Shown: positions 1-13,700, numbered from the stretch's first letter. The stretch is 64,000 nt of DNA from Camelus ferus (GCF_009834535.1 NC_045696.1:32366001-32430000); one strand, 5' to 3'. Notes: generated by a model not told the origin, from the sequence alone. Translations and numbers: made by a program.

Positions 1-1149
1 TTAATTTCTATTTTTTTTTGATCTTCTGTAATTTTTTTTTAGGGAGTTCAGAGTTCATCCACTGAAGTTTTAATTTATTCAAGTTTAAGCAATTGAATTA
101 TTTAAGTCCATTACTTAGAACCCATTTCAAGTAAACAAATGGAACAAATATAAATACATATAAAGCTTCTTGCCTCTTTATTCTTTGAAATAGAGGTACT
201 ACATTTGGAAAACAAACATCTAACAGGATTCAGCAATGAGTATATTATCACTCAACACAACAGAATCTGCTTTCCAATCTTGACCAACACATTATATAGA
301 GCTTCGTGCCCAAGGTCTCCAGAGAAGGAGGACAATATCATAGAAATCACTGCTAGAAAGAAAACCTCGTATTTCTTCCTATTATAATTTCTGAAATGAA
401 AATATTCTTTGATGAATTATCCAAAGGTAGCTCAAGATATTTTTGTTCCCAAGATTGTTCCAACTACAAATTTCCACAGCAATTCTCCAAATATACAATC
501 TGAACTCTTAAATTTCATAAATAAGAAACATCAATTTAATTAATTTTTGGGTCCGGTTATTCTTAGTGTAAATATATCTTATTTAAGTATAAGTCTTATT
601 GTTAAAGAACTGATTTGTGAGTGATATAGATAAAACTAATTCTTCTATGGTCAGTAATCAAGTAAACAGATTAGTGATCATGTCAATCTCATGAAGGAAA
701 TTGTATTCTATATAGGTCTCTTTTTCTGAGCAAATACTGAATAACTGTTAACTACACCGGTCAAAATCTGCATTAAAATATATTTCCATAGAAAATTAAA
801 AATGTTTTCTTTCACTAATCCTAAAGCATTCTTTCTTTCACTAATTCTAAAGCATTCTGATATGGAACAGTTTTCATCAAATTTTAAGATATGATTAAAC
901 TCGTTCAAACTAATGTTTTGTTTCTTCCTCTATAATATGTTTTTTTATACAGCACTATAGATATGCTAGGCTGTAGGTTCTTCCAAGTGCATGGGGGCTG
1001 AAACTCTGCCCTTTGCTGTTTGTCAAACTTTATGCCCAAGAAGCTGAATCTGTCCAGAAGAAGTACCCTCTGTAACTCCATAAAGATATTATGTAGCCTG
1101 GAGGGAGTACTGCTTTTATGCCTAGGCTGTATACACACAAGATGCTTAT

Positions 1150-1639
1150 TTTTTCTTTATTTTAATTATAACACATGCAATCAAATGCCTAAACCTTAAT
1201 TGTGCAGATTAATTCTTTTTTATAAATAAAAAATTAACTTTTTATAGGATCTACTGAGCAATCATTAAATTCTGTAGAGCCATTAACTCAATATAGATCA
1301 CAGGATCTTAATTATTTTTTAGAGGCTTTATCCCAATACCACCTTTAGAATTAGTATGGGTAGTATAGGGCTTTCCAGTATGTAAAACGGAACCATGTCC
1401 TAGCCAGTCTCTACCAACATGCGCATCTTCTGTAATAAATATATATGCAAATCAAGATAGAATACTTCAACACCCTTTATATTCTTTCTTGGTCAATATC
1501 CCTTCTCCCAGATGTAACCATTATCTGTCCCCATAGAAACTTTAGTCTATTCTTAAACTTCATATATATAGATGTGTGTTTTTTTAATATAACCATTATT
1601 TCACCTTTTATCCCCACAGAAACTTTGGCCTGTTCTTGA

Positions 1640-1680
<41 letters not shown>

Positions 1681-1720
1681 GTGTGTTTTTTTAATTCTCA
1701 GAATTTTTAAAGGAAAGCTT
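1150..1720 (-). mobile_element. Ancient L1 (L1M-type) 3' end fragment, interrupted by a 210-bp insertion at 1230-1439
   Basis: Flanks read 'aaatgcctaaaccttaattgtgcag...aattc' and 'atcaagatagaatacttcaacaccc...cccagatgtaaccattatctg...ccatag...ttggcctgttcttgaagttta', matching the antisense L1MB/ME 3' UTR pattern. Confidence 0.65.
1230..1439 (+). repeat. Dispersed direct repeat, copy 1 (210 bp; partner 3049-3258)
   Basis: Base-by-base match at offset 1819 with a single mismatch seen (1251 c vs 3070 a). Confidence 0.97.
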
Positions 1721-3048
1721 TTCATTCACATATCAATTGAAATCATAACTATGTGACAACCAATACTTTAACTTTTGTATTAATTTACGTATAGAGTATA
1801 TTTATATTTTAAACCAGCTTTGTTTGCCTTATTATTTAAGCTTCAGAATTTTGTTTTATACCTGGCCATTTTTGTTAGAATAAACTGAGGAAGCATAGAA
1901 ATCCAGAAATTTCTGTGAACTTTTTTCAAAATAAATATCAAAGGGATGTTATACTTTTCCAAGGTGAAGGAGTGAGTTATTCCTAAAATCATCACTGAAT
2001 TTCTTTGTTCCTTGATTCCTAGATTGGTGATTTATCTACTTGAATATACCTTCCCCCAAAGCTCTTCTTTTAAACATTTTATCCTAATCGGCAGAAGTTT
2101 GTTATTGAAATGACAATTAAACTAAAAAAAAAATCAATCTTTACTGTAATTAATTTTTTTTAAGCTGCAATTTTATTTCATTGTTTAGGATGTCAAAGTC
2201 TCAACCATGCTTCTCTGCTCTTTGTTAAGATAGTGCTTTGTGGTGTGAGAGAAACAATTCCCAGCTTACTAGGTCGCATGATTTCTTCACCTTTCTGTTA
2301 TCTCATAAGAAAAAAAAGGTCAATTTTAATGTTATTAATTACACATAAATATTTACAACTCAGGAAAATCAAATATTCAAAAAAAAAAAAAAACCACTAG
2401 GATAACAGCTAAAAGGAACAACTTATTTTAACTTAAAAATAAAATTATATTGAAAATTTTCTTTTAGCATTAGAATTGAATCTGATAAGTGTTTTAAAAT
2501 GCTGCTATTAACAATAATTATACCTTTTTTCCAAAAGTGCACCCTTGAAAAAATAGCATAAAATTTTCTATGATTGGAAAAATGTTTAAATGTGTGTAAT
2601 TTGCCTAGCCTCACCCTGTACAAATACGTAATTATAAATTTTACTCATATATCTTGAAGATACCAGACACTTTTCAACCAAGACTCAGTAATTACTTTTG
2701 TTTTAGTGTCTATTTAAGTGTTTTAAAATTGCATACACATTTGGAGAAACTCCTTCTCTTGTCAGACAATTTGCCTCTTATTTCTCATTTGTTTCATCTT
2801 ATTAAAAAGGGAACTAGGCTTTGGAGAAATCCTATGAAAATATTATAATTTTCCAAGTATTTTTCACACGTTTTCCCCCACGTTACAAACCTACGAGTCC
2901 TATTTGTATCCCTTCCAGTACACGGATACTTTCTTTCTTCATTCAATTAAGTACCAAACAAGCATCAGTTAAAAATTCTGAAGGACTTCAGGGAGGGTAC
3001 AAGGTACAACTTACTGAGCTTAGCTACTCACTGTATTCTCCCAATTAG

Positions 3049-3258
3049 AAAATTAACTTTTTATAGGATATACTGAGCAATCATTAAATTCTGTAGAGCC
3101 ATTAACTCAATATAGATCACAGGATCTTAATTATTTTTTAGAGGCTTTATCCCAATACCACCTTTAGAATTAGTATGGGTAGTATAGGGCTTTCCAGTAT
3201 GTAAAACGGAACCATGTCCTAGCCAGTCTCTACCAACATGCGCATCTTCTGTAATAAA
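3049..3258 (+). repeat. Dispersed direct repeat, copy 2 (likely donor)
   Basis: Matches 1230-1439 and lies in apparently unique sequence. Confidence 0.97.
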
Positions 3259-3754
3259 CTTACTCAGTAACTTGATTCAATTCTTAGATTCCTTGTACAC
3301 ATATCAATTTACCATATCAAATAAGACAGGCAACTACATCTTTGAGACTTTGTTTCATGCTACAGCAGTACAGGAGTATTCTCAATAAGCACAAGAAGGT
3401 AGTAAAAATTATTTTTGCAGTAACAAAGATTTATTGGTGACTTTCCACAATTGGTGATAAAGTTCTCACTCTCAAAGACTTCAATTTAGTTCTTAAATTT
3501 TGAACTGGTCCAAAGAGCCGAAATGAGTTTTTCTAATTAGGGTAGATAACTGAGTTTTTAAAATCATGACTGTTTCTAGAGATACTTATGAGGCTTACTT
3601 CTATGAAGACATAAAATGAATCTTCAGTGAACAAGACTACAAGCTGAACTATTTTATTTGGTAACAAAAGGACAACTTTTCTACCTATAATTTCAGTGTC
3701 TAAAATATAACGAGCTCACAGAGAATATTGCCACTGAGATCTGAGGTGAGATTT

Positions 3755-3970
3755 CTTGGACTCAGAATTCCAACTTTTGGATTTACTCTCCGGAGCAGCA
3801 CGTACAATTTACTTAACCTCTGTAAGCTGCAATTTATTCTTCTGTACAGTGGACAGGATATGAAAAATACATACTTCACGTGATTGTCACAAGTCTTAAG
3901 TCATGCAAATTAACTAGCATGGGACCTGGAACATAGCAAGTTCTCACTAAATGTTAGCTATTATTATTTT
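3755..3970 (+). mobile_element. MIR SINE
   Basis: MIR core 'ttacttaacctctgtaagctgcaattt...tctgtacagtgg' and 3' end 'cctggaacatagcaagttctcactaaatgttagctattatt'. Confidence 0.8.
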
Positions 3971-4754
3971 CATTGTTCTTGCTGTCAGTTGTTGTTGTTA
4001 TTATGTAGGTTTCTAATAATGAACATCGCAGAAAAAATAAACATTTTAATGCCCAACAGAAGTCTCAATGTTAAATGGTCTGATAACTGAGTTGATTGAA
4101 ATTCCAGAGGAATTGACAGTCTCTGGACATGTCAACCATTCATCCCTCTAGATTTTCTAGGCTTTATCCCAGTATCAATCAGACCATCAGAATGGTACAT
4201 ACCAGGCCTCTATTACTTTGAACCCCTTCGGAAATGCCTTCACAGAGCTCTGATTTGGCATCATGCCCTTGGCTTCTTATCAAAGGTCACTGCAAGAAAT
4301 GGCCACAGGAAGAGTGCCTCTGCTCTTTTTGCAAAACTGCGAGTGAAGATAATGTCCATTTTAGTGTTTAATGTCCCTTAGACAAAGACTCTGGCTATAA
4401 ATTCTTCCTAGAGCTAAGTTTAATGATTTTAGTATATCTTTTCTTTTGTTTTAAAGTGCCTCATCCTTTTGGGAAGCAGGAAAGCACTTTAATAATAAAT
4501 AGAAGATTTCTTTTAACGTGTACAGTTCTAGAAAGTGTTGCCATCCACTCACCTATCTCCATGGTCAAGGAAGAATGAAAACTAGGAAATAAATTTTCCC
4601 TTTCCTGTTTCGAATGTAAAATGTTACCCTAATAGGAAATATTTGTATACAGAAAGATTGCCTTCAGGAGAGAGAAGAGGATGTATCATTGATGATAAAA
4701 TTTCAGGGCACAAATTTTTTGGAGGGCAGAGGGCTTTACAGTCACATCATGTAA

Positions 4755-4830
4755 ACCAGAAGTTACGAAGTGGCAGATCTTTGACTTTTGTTTGGTCTGC
4801 ACAGTGTTCTAAAAAACGTTGTGAGAGGGA
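4755..4830. mobile_element. Possible hAT-Charlie (MER102-like) DNA transposon terminal fragment
   Basis: 'ccagaagttacgaagtggcag...ttttgtttggtctgcacagtgttctaaaaaa' resembles the start of MER102/Charlie4-type elements. Confidence 0.4.
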
Positions 4831-7800
4831 GGTGTTACACTTAGCCAGAATACAAGCATTCGGGCACCTATTGTCGTGCTCAAGAATTTTTCCCTGATAC
4901 ATTCATCTCTGTAATCAAGGTCATCTTTGTAAATGGTAGAATCTGACATAATAGCCCCACTGCATTACTTTAAGCAGAAGAGTCCCTTGAACATTTATGT
5001 AAAAGCTTGCAAAACTTGAAGCTATATTTTCTGGAAAGCTAAAGAGAATGAGAAAACAGATTTATGCAACCATCCATCAGTCGTTTCTAAAATACACTGC
5101 CTGCTTCCATTCCCTTCAGCACCATGTGGGCGCCTGGTGATGGCCCTCTCAAGGTAAACAGGGATGCTCAGCAGTATTGGTACCACCACTCCTCTCCCAG
5201 AACCTGTTCTCTTCAGTGTGGACATAGAGAAATGTAGAACTGGATTTTCTTTATTAGTTTATAAAAATTATATGTTCTGTATCATAGAGTTCGAAATATT
5301 ATTCTCATAATGAAGTATAGTGATTTTGTAGGAAAAAAATGAATGCTTCTAAACTATGCTGGAGGCCAGTAACATGAGAAAATGGTTATTCTGCAGATTG
5401 GAAAACACTATCAAGCATCAGCCAGAATGATCAGCAGGCAGGAACATCCTAAAGAAAATAACTTTGTCAGTATCAGTTGGCCTTAATTTTTCTTTCCCCA
5501 ACAATTTCTAGTAAATTGATATATACATGTATTACTTATCCCAATTATCTGCTGATATCATTTTACCAATAGTTATTTTTGATTAAATACCATTACTAAT
5601 AAAACTCTCAGTTGTTGATAAATCTGAAAACCTGAAAGTTAGATCTTAATTTAAAGTGTGCTCTTTTGCTTTTAACAGTATACACTTAAAAACTGAAATA
5701 GCCAGTATGCATATTTTTGTTTGGATACATTGGCTTTATAATCATTTTTGTTTCAGAGTTGGGATTTATAAAATGATCAAGCCCACTAGCTCCTAAAGCA
5801 AAAACTTTCTGGGTTCCTAAGTTCTGGGTCATCACAAATCTCACAACAAAACAAAATGGAAGGTGAATAATACTCTATGGATTTCCCCCCACCCCAGGCA
5901 AAATTTCAAAGTCTAAATGATTTTCAGAGATCTGAAATCACAATAAATCCCCTGGCAATGAACAGTTGTGGGCTTATAAAGCAATAAAAATTTCACAAAT
6001 GTGACTATATACTTGCAGTTCAGCATTTAGGTAAGGGTCTGTACTCCATCAGTGCGGGTACCACAATTATTTTGCTCACCAGAGGACACTGAGGGTTCTC
6101 TGTGTTCTAATATGTCAACTCTTATTCTAGAGGTCCCTCTTTGTTTATTCACTCACTTATTCTTTTACTCATTCATATATTCATTAGAGGGAACATTCTG
6201 CCTGACCTTCAGCTTCTAAAATTGACAATCCTACCTTGTGCCTTTGATTCATCTCTTTATTGGTAAAATACCGATAGTTTATTGAAGTACATCATAAAAA
6301 AGATCATGTTTCTTTCTAAGTATCAGTGGATTATGACTTAATTATGATAGTTTAGAAAGATTAATAAAGTAATTTAAAGTTAATTAAATAGAATGTCATT
6401 TCTGATATCAAAATGTAAGCTAATAATTATTTGTTGTTCTTTGTGGTGTAGTTCTTTGTGGTGTGGTTGATGATGTTTAAATAATGGTCCTACCTAAAAG
6501 AGAGACATAAATAAGCTAGACATTAAACAAACCTGATCTTTCCAATTCTAGATCTTTCATTCTTTCATTCTGTAAAATGGATTATGTGAGCACATGAAGA
6601 GCCATGATTTGATATCATCATTTTACTTGCTATAAATCACCCATAGGAATGCTTTTGTTCAGGTATTATTCTCTGTTTGGAATATTCATGTTGATTATTA
6701 GGTGAACATTAATATAGGAAAAGATGCATTAATATTTTTCCAAGTTTACTTTATTAATACTCACTGTAAAAATCTAACAGAAGGCTTGAATTAACATAAT
6801 TACCAAATATTAAAATTTAAAAAAAAGTTCTCTGACAGCAACTTCAAACATCAATGGGGAATAAATCAATTTATAGCAACTTCTATTTCAAAAGAGATAA
6901 AATGAATTATAAGAGTGCATACTGACTCTAAAACCTCAGGACATTATTAATAAATATTGTTTCTATCCTAAGGTTTAGGGAGCTATGAAGTTAGTACAAA
7001 ATATTATGTATTAAGAATTAATTTAGTTTTCAGCCAGGATTCCTACAGGAGGAAGACTTATGAAATTGCTCCAACTGTGCATTTCCCCTTACGACATTTG
7101 ATCCCAGAGGCATATTTTAACTAAATTTGACAGCAGGAAAGAAAGTCCAAAGCTAAACAGCACCACGCGGGTTTTTGAAACAGGTGACAGCTAATGGCCC
7201 AAACAGTTCATGTTAATAATCAAATGCTGGCTACCCTGTGGATCACTACCATGTGTTAATGAGGAGAGCCTTGCTTTCTCTCTAGGCAAGCAGCTCTCTG
7301 TGAAGCTGCTAATACTCCTAAATGCTGATGGATATCCAGAGACAGAATGCAATGGTTACTACCTGCTACTAGCAACTGATGCACATCTAACTCATAGGAA
7401 ATCTGATTAGTTGGGTCAAGAGTTGAGCTTTATTTATGTTTATTCCTCTAAACCACTTTAACAAGACTTTTTATAGCAAAGTTAAAAATACTTAAAATGT
7501 TAAAACGCTTCTCCTATAAGCCACAGGAAATATTTCCAGGGTTATTGCTTATGCTTTTGTATTTTCTCCTCTTAAAGGAGGAGGGTAAAACATTGTCCAT
7601 GGGTACCAAATCTTTGGTTCACTTATGGCCCAATATGCCTTTGATGAGAACACACATTAGTGTCCTGCAATCTTGAGCAAAGGAGATGGTCTCTGCTGTC
7701 ATGGCATGCAGTGGTGGCCACTATCCAGCCTGGCGAATGACTGTACAGCTGCAGTCCCTGGTTAGATGAAAGTCTGCTGTCATGTCCCATGGCTGAACTC

Positions 7801-8098
7801 ACACATGAAGCCCTCACATTCCTTACACAAAAACATCACAACCGATGAGAAGTAATTCTTTATGAGTCATAGGGTGATAGATTGCTTTGCTAATCTCTTC
7901 TGGTTATACTACTTTCTCTCTTAAGACAATTGGTTACAAAATGCAATATGTAGAGGAAGACATTAGCTCTGCTTTGAATTTAGCTTTGTGGGTCACTCCT
8001 TCATTCTTGCTTTTCATTGTTTTCTCCCCCTTTCACTGCCTTGTTCAAATACAACAAAAATGGTAACTTATTGTTGCTAGCTGTTCTATAAGTACTTT

Positions 8099-10029
8099 AA
8101 ACTTTTTTTATTCTGAATTAGTTTTCATTTTGTATTAAAGCATAGTTGATATTGCAAGATTATGTAGGTTACATATGTACAAAATAGTGATTCACAATTT
8201 TGAAAGATTATACTTCATTTATAGTTATTGTAAATACTGACTGTATTCCCCATATTGTACAATATATCCTAGTAGCTTATTTTATACCTAATAATTTGCA
8301 CCTCTTACTCCCCTACCCCTATATTGTCCCTCCTCTCTTGCCTCTCACCAAAAGTACCACTAGTTTGTTCTCTATATCTGTCTGCTTATTTTTTGTTACA
8401 TTCACTAGTTTATTGTATTTTTTTAGATTGCACATAGAAGTTGTTATCATACAGTATTTGTTTCTATCTGACTCATTTTATTCAGCATAATACCCTCCAA
8501 GTCCATCCATGTTGTTGCAAATGACAAAATTTTATTATTTTTTATGGCTAAGTAGTATTCCATTGTAAAAATAGACCATATCCTCTATCTATTCCTATGA
8601 CGATGGACACTTAGGTGGCTTCCATATCTTGGCAATTGTAAATAATGCTGCTAGGTACATTGGGGTGCATGTATCTTTTCAAATTAATATTTATTTTTTC
8701 AAATATATACCTAAGAGTGAAATTGCTGGGTTGAATGTTAGTTCTATTCTTAGATTTTTGAGAAACCTCCATACTGTTTTGCACAGTAGCTGCACCAATT
8801 TACATTCCCACCAACAGTGTCCCTTTTCTCCACACCTTCACCAACATTTGTTATTTGTATTCTTTTTGATGATAGCTATTCTGACAGGTGTGGAATGATA
8901 TCTCATTGTGGTTTTGATTTGCATTTCTCTGATGATTAACAACGTTTAGCATCTTTTCATGTGCCTGTAGGTTATTTGTATTTCCTCTTTGGAAAAATAT
9001 CTATTCAGTTCTTCTGCCTACTTTTTAATTGGATTGTTTTTATGATGTTAAGTTATAAGAGTTGTTTATATATTTTGGATATTAACCCTTTATTGGTCAT
9101 GTCACTTGCAAATATTTTCTCCCATTTAGTAGGTTGTCTTTTCATTTTGTCCATGGTTTCCTTGCTATGTAAAAGCTTTTAAGTTTAATTAGGTCTTCTT
9201 TTTTTTTTTTTTTTTTGCTGCTTTTATTTCCATTACTCTGGGAGAAAGATCCAAAAAATATATATTGCTTCCATTTATGTCAAAGAGTGTTTTGCCTATG
9301 TTTTCCTCCAGGAATTTTACGGTATATGGTCTTACACTTAGGTCTTTAATCTATTTTGAGCTTATTTTTGTATATGGTGTTAGAGAATGTTCTAATTTCA
9401 TTTTTTCACATGTAGCTGTCCAGTTTTCCCAGTACCAATTATTGAAGAGACTATCTTTTTTCCATTGTATATTCTTGCCTCCTTTGTCATAAATTAATTG
9501 ACCATAAGTGCATGGGTTTATTTCTGGGCTTTCTATCCTGTTACATTGATCTGTTTTTGTGTCATTACTGTTTTGATTACTATAGCTTTTTAGCATAGTC
9601 TGAAGTCAGGGAGCCTGATTCCACCATTCTGTTCTTTCTCAAGATTGTTTTGGCATTTGGGGTCTTTTGTGTTTCCATACAAATTATAAAATTATTTGTT
9701 CTAGTTCTGTGAAAAATGCCATTAGTATTTTGGTAGGGATTGCATTGAATCTGCAGATTGTCTTGGGTAATATGGTCATTTTAACAATATTAATTCTTCC
9801 AATCCAGGAACATGACATAACTTTCCATCTTTTTGTGTCATCTTCAATTTATTTCATAAGTGTCTTACAGTTTTCTGAGTACAGTTCTTTTATATACTTA
9901 TCTTTCTCAAACTATTCCCAAAAAATTGCAGAGGAAGGAATACCTCCCAACTTATTCTACAAGACCTGATACCAAAACGAGGCAAAGATATCACAAAAAA
10001 AGAAAATTATAGGCCAATATCCACGAATG
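8099..10029 (-). mobile_element. 5'-truncated, 5'-inverted LINE-1 (cetartiodactyl-type 3' UTR plus ORF2 3' part) with 20-bp TSD
   Basis: Antisense T-rich tail and 3' UTR from ~8100, antisense ORF2 to ~9892, then a sense ORF2 piece ~9893-10029. TSD agctgttctataagtacttt (8079-8098) / agctattctatatgtacttt (10030-10049). Confidence 0.93.
9351..9596 (-). pseudogene. L1 ORF2p C-terminal region remnant (disrupted)
   Basis: Translation [63 protein letters not shown] is typical L1 ORF2p. It is flanked by stops and frameshifts. Confidence 0.92.
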
Positions 10030-10718
10030 AGCTATTCTATATGTACTTTTAGTAATGCATTTATAACTTATGTTGCTTTATGCAAATTTTTTCTTACAGA
10101 AAAGTCATACTATTTCAGTTTTCTAAATATTTTTAACAAAATTGGTAAAATAGTTTTTCACATTAAAAATTATTTACTGGATATTAACAACTAATTTTCT
10201 TTCTATTTTTTTTTAACATTCTTTCTATTCTTAACACTGCCTTTTATTAGGTGCATCAACAAAAATTTAGTATTCTTATCTATAACACAAGAAAAGTATT
10301 ACCTGGCCAATACATTATCTATGGTTTTTTTTGAAATACCAACTCAGGTAATACATATAATTCTGTAATAAATGCTTAATTTCTTTTTAGATGTAAGATA
10401 TATTTATACTTTATTTTAGTAATAACTCTTTTCCTTTAATGATGGCTCCTAATAAATAAGTAAATTTTTTTTTATATTTTTGTAAATTTTTGCCTTTACT
10501 CTTTCCTGATAGTAAAAACCATGTCTCAAATAGAAGAATCTAAATTTGAACTCTGGGGAAAAGCCTATTGGGTTTAAAGGGGAAATTGTGAAGGCAAATA
10601 CCCATATAATGTAAGCCAAAAAAAAAAACACCCATAAATAGATGGTTTTTGTGTTTATTTCTTTTGTAATAATAAAGACAGGCATATAAGACAATTTTCA
10701 CTTTTCTCTTTATACTTC

Positions 10719-11146
10719 TATATTAGTTTCACAGAGCTGCCCTAAAAAGGAACCATAAACTAGGTGGCTTAACTAACTTCCTTTCCTAGTTTGGGAGGAT
10801 AGAACTCTGAAATTTAGGTTTTGGCAGGACCTCCAAAGCTTCTGAAGTAGTATCCTTTCTTGCCTCTTCTAGCTTCTGGCAACCTCAGGTGTTTCTCAGT
10901 TTAAAGACCGGTCTCTACCTCTTTAATACATGGCTGTCTTCTCATGTGTCTCTTGTTTTCACTTAGCAGTCTCCTCTCTTGTCAGGGCACCAGGCATAAT
11001 AGATTGAGGGTCTGTCCTACTCTAATATGATTTCATCTTACTAATTACATCTACCAGGACCCTATTTACAAATGAGGTTACATTCTGAGACACTGGGTTT
11101 AAGACTTCAATATATCTTTTTGTGGCATACAATTCCACTCATTACA
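10719..11146 (-). mobile_element. MaLR solo LTR (MLT1B/C-like)
   Basis: 'tattagtttc...aaactaggtggctta...cttgcctcttctagcttctgg...gaccctatttacaaatgaggttacattctgaga...gacttcaatatatctttt...attaca'. Confidence 0.85.
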
Positions 11147-12374
11147 ACCACTAGAAGAAAAATAAATTTGAAAAATTTGAAGCAGCAAATATAAATGACA
11201 AAGAATGTGACTGAAATGTAACGGAAATAGGGAATAGTGAGGATGTAGCAAATTGTTGGGGCTGTATGTGACTTTTTTGGATAATTGTCAAAATAGCTGC
11301 CACTTATAATTTTTACCATGGTAAAATAAAGGCCTAATAGTCAATCTCTTAATTACCAAATATTAGCAGCAAATACTTTTTTTTAAATATAAAGTGAGGA
11401 AAAACTGAGTTCTGTGTACATACTTATTACCCATGACACAGCATTGAGTTCATTAATCTTATTTAAGATCAGAATTTCTTTTAGAAAAGTTAGAGTTTGG
11501 GTAATTTTGAAAATATATTAGCAACATAAAATATGTTTTCCCTTAACAAAATTTTGACACACTGATTTATTATTTAATGAGTATTATGTATACATATGTA
11601 TTATTAAGGAATATCAAGAAGGAAGATGTTTTAAAAAGAGAAGTATTAACAAGTTGTCTTCTAACCGTAATCAGAAATAAACAAGTGATATTAAGAAGAG
11701 AGTATGCTAACAGTAATCCATCTTAGTTTTTAATCAAACTCCAGTTTAAATGAATTAATTTCAGATAAAACCAATAATGAAATAATACGGGCCCTATCTG
11801 TTTCTCTGTCTCTATTCCTAATCTCTCTGGACATCAGTTTCCTCATCTGAAAGTTTCCTTCAAATATTTTATGTCTATGCTTTATAGACTATGCAACCAA
11901 ATCTCTTCCTTTAAGCACTTAGGAGCACACAATATTTTTAGAAACATATTTCCTTCAAATAATTTTCAGTGTAGAATGTCATTCCCAGAATATGCATGTT
12001 CAGCTTTGATTAAATAGTGAAGCACAATCACAGGTTAGCTGCAGAGGGATTCTAATCCTCTGTTTAGTATGCAGCTGAAATGAGGAACTGGCTGAGTGTG
12101 GTGTGTCAGTAACAAAGATCTCATTGTTTTGTTTCCACTGTGGCTTTCTCCATGGTTTTGAGCACATTGGAATCTACATTTTGAGTGCTTTTGTGAAACA
12201 TTTGTTAAATAAGTTTGGCCCTCTGTTGTCAAATAGATTCACATAATATAATGACAATCTCTAATGCCCCTTGGCCTTTCTTTATCATAGAGTGTATTTC
12301 CTTGCTATTTAATTCATTTAATTTTCAACTACGACAAAAATGTTAAGTTTTAGACCTGTTTGTTTAAATAAGAA

Positions 12375-13700
12375 AGGGAGGGATACTTGTGGTAACATAG
12401 CAAACTGAGTTGACACATGCTAGCTCCTATCCCATTCATGTAGAAACGCTACATAAAGTAGAAAGTAAGAGAAATTCCCAGATGGCAAAACAGAGAAAGA
12501 ACTCAAAGCCAGGGTATTAAGGGCACAATCTAATGCCCCAAGGGTCTAGATGTGTTCCAGTAACATGTAATGGCTATAGACTCAGACTGTGAGCTAGAGT
12601 TTTGATGCCAAGACAGATATTGGTGATAGGGCTTGGAATCAGTGTGAAATGGGTAGATTAAAATGAGTCTTCTGAGCATATCTGGGACCCTATGAGAACC
12701 CCTCCCCACAGTCATAAAACTAATATAAGAAAAATACTGTTGTCAGAAGAAGCTTGTCTACCTTCCTAGATTTTTGAATGTTGAAAACATAATTCTCTTT
12801 GAAAACTGCAGCAAGCATGGGTGTGGTTTCCTGAACCTTTATAACCTGCTGGGTACAAGAAGCACAAACTAAGATAGCATCGTAACACTTCACCTGGAAC
12901 CAGCGAACTCCCTAGGGACCGGGCAGATGTATTCTGTAAAGAAGTTCTCTTACCCTATTTGAGTACAATTCCCCTGTAGGAACAAAATATTAAACACGGA
13001 CCAATAATAACATATAAACTACATGAGGGAAAGTAGCCCATTAAAGCATATAGAATAAGTAACATAGCATGAACATTTGATCAGGGAACAATGTGAAAGA
13101 GACGATAAAAGAAGAATGTTTAATGTCAAACAGATTAAATAAAATTTTTAAAAAATATATGGAAAGGAGACAAAAAACCGTATTTAAAATAATATCTTCC
13201 AGACTTCAAAATGTACACATAATGCTCAATTTTAAACTATGGGTTAACCAGCAGTTTGCAGAACAAGAGCTTCCAACTAAAGTGGAAGACAGTAGACATT
13301 ACAAAGCTGTAGCACTGAAAAGTGAAAAGGAGGAAATATAATGGAGGCAGAGACATAGGAATGATAAAATGAAGCAGTACAAAGATAAAGGACATGAGAA
13401 GAGGCAATATTTTAAGATAATGGCAGATACATTTCTATAATTGAATAAAAGGAAGATACAGATCCTAATTTTGAAGAAGCATGTCAAGTCCTGAACAGGA
13501 TAAATAAAAACAAATCTTAGACCTAGACTCATTGTCATAAAATTACAGAAAACCAACGACAGAAAGAAAAAAAAAAACTTAAAAGCCAGAAAAAAGCAGA
13601 AAGACAAGGTAGATTACTGCTATTTTAAATCTTGTTTCTTTGTAAGTAGATTTCTCATCAGTAAAAATGAAGACCAAAAATAGTATATCTTCAGATTCCT
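12375..13700 (+). mobile_element. Ancient L1 5' region/ORF1 remnant (L1ME- or HAL1-like)
   Basis: 13390-13600 resembles decayed ORF1 ('aatatttaagataatggcagatacatttc...gaagaagcatgtcaagtcctgaacaggataaataaaaacaaatc...acctagactcattgtcataaaattacagaaaacc...cttaaaagccaga'). The upstream part resembles an old L1 5' UTR. Outer limits are uncertain. Confidence 0.6.

Noticed and set aside
1230..3258. The 210-bp repeats as paired LTRs or CRISPR-like repeats
   Set aside because: No TG...CA termini, primer-binding site, polypurine tract or internal retroviral sequence; only two copies and no spacer array.
5115..5134. REST/NRSE-like TTCAGCACCATGTGGGCGCC
   Set aside because: The left half matches, but the GGACAG right half-site is absent.
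8200..9969. Cluster of + strand hydrophobic ORFs resembling membrane proteins
   Set aside because: They are antisense readings of the L1 element.
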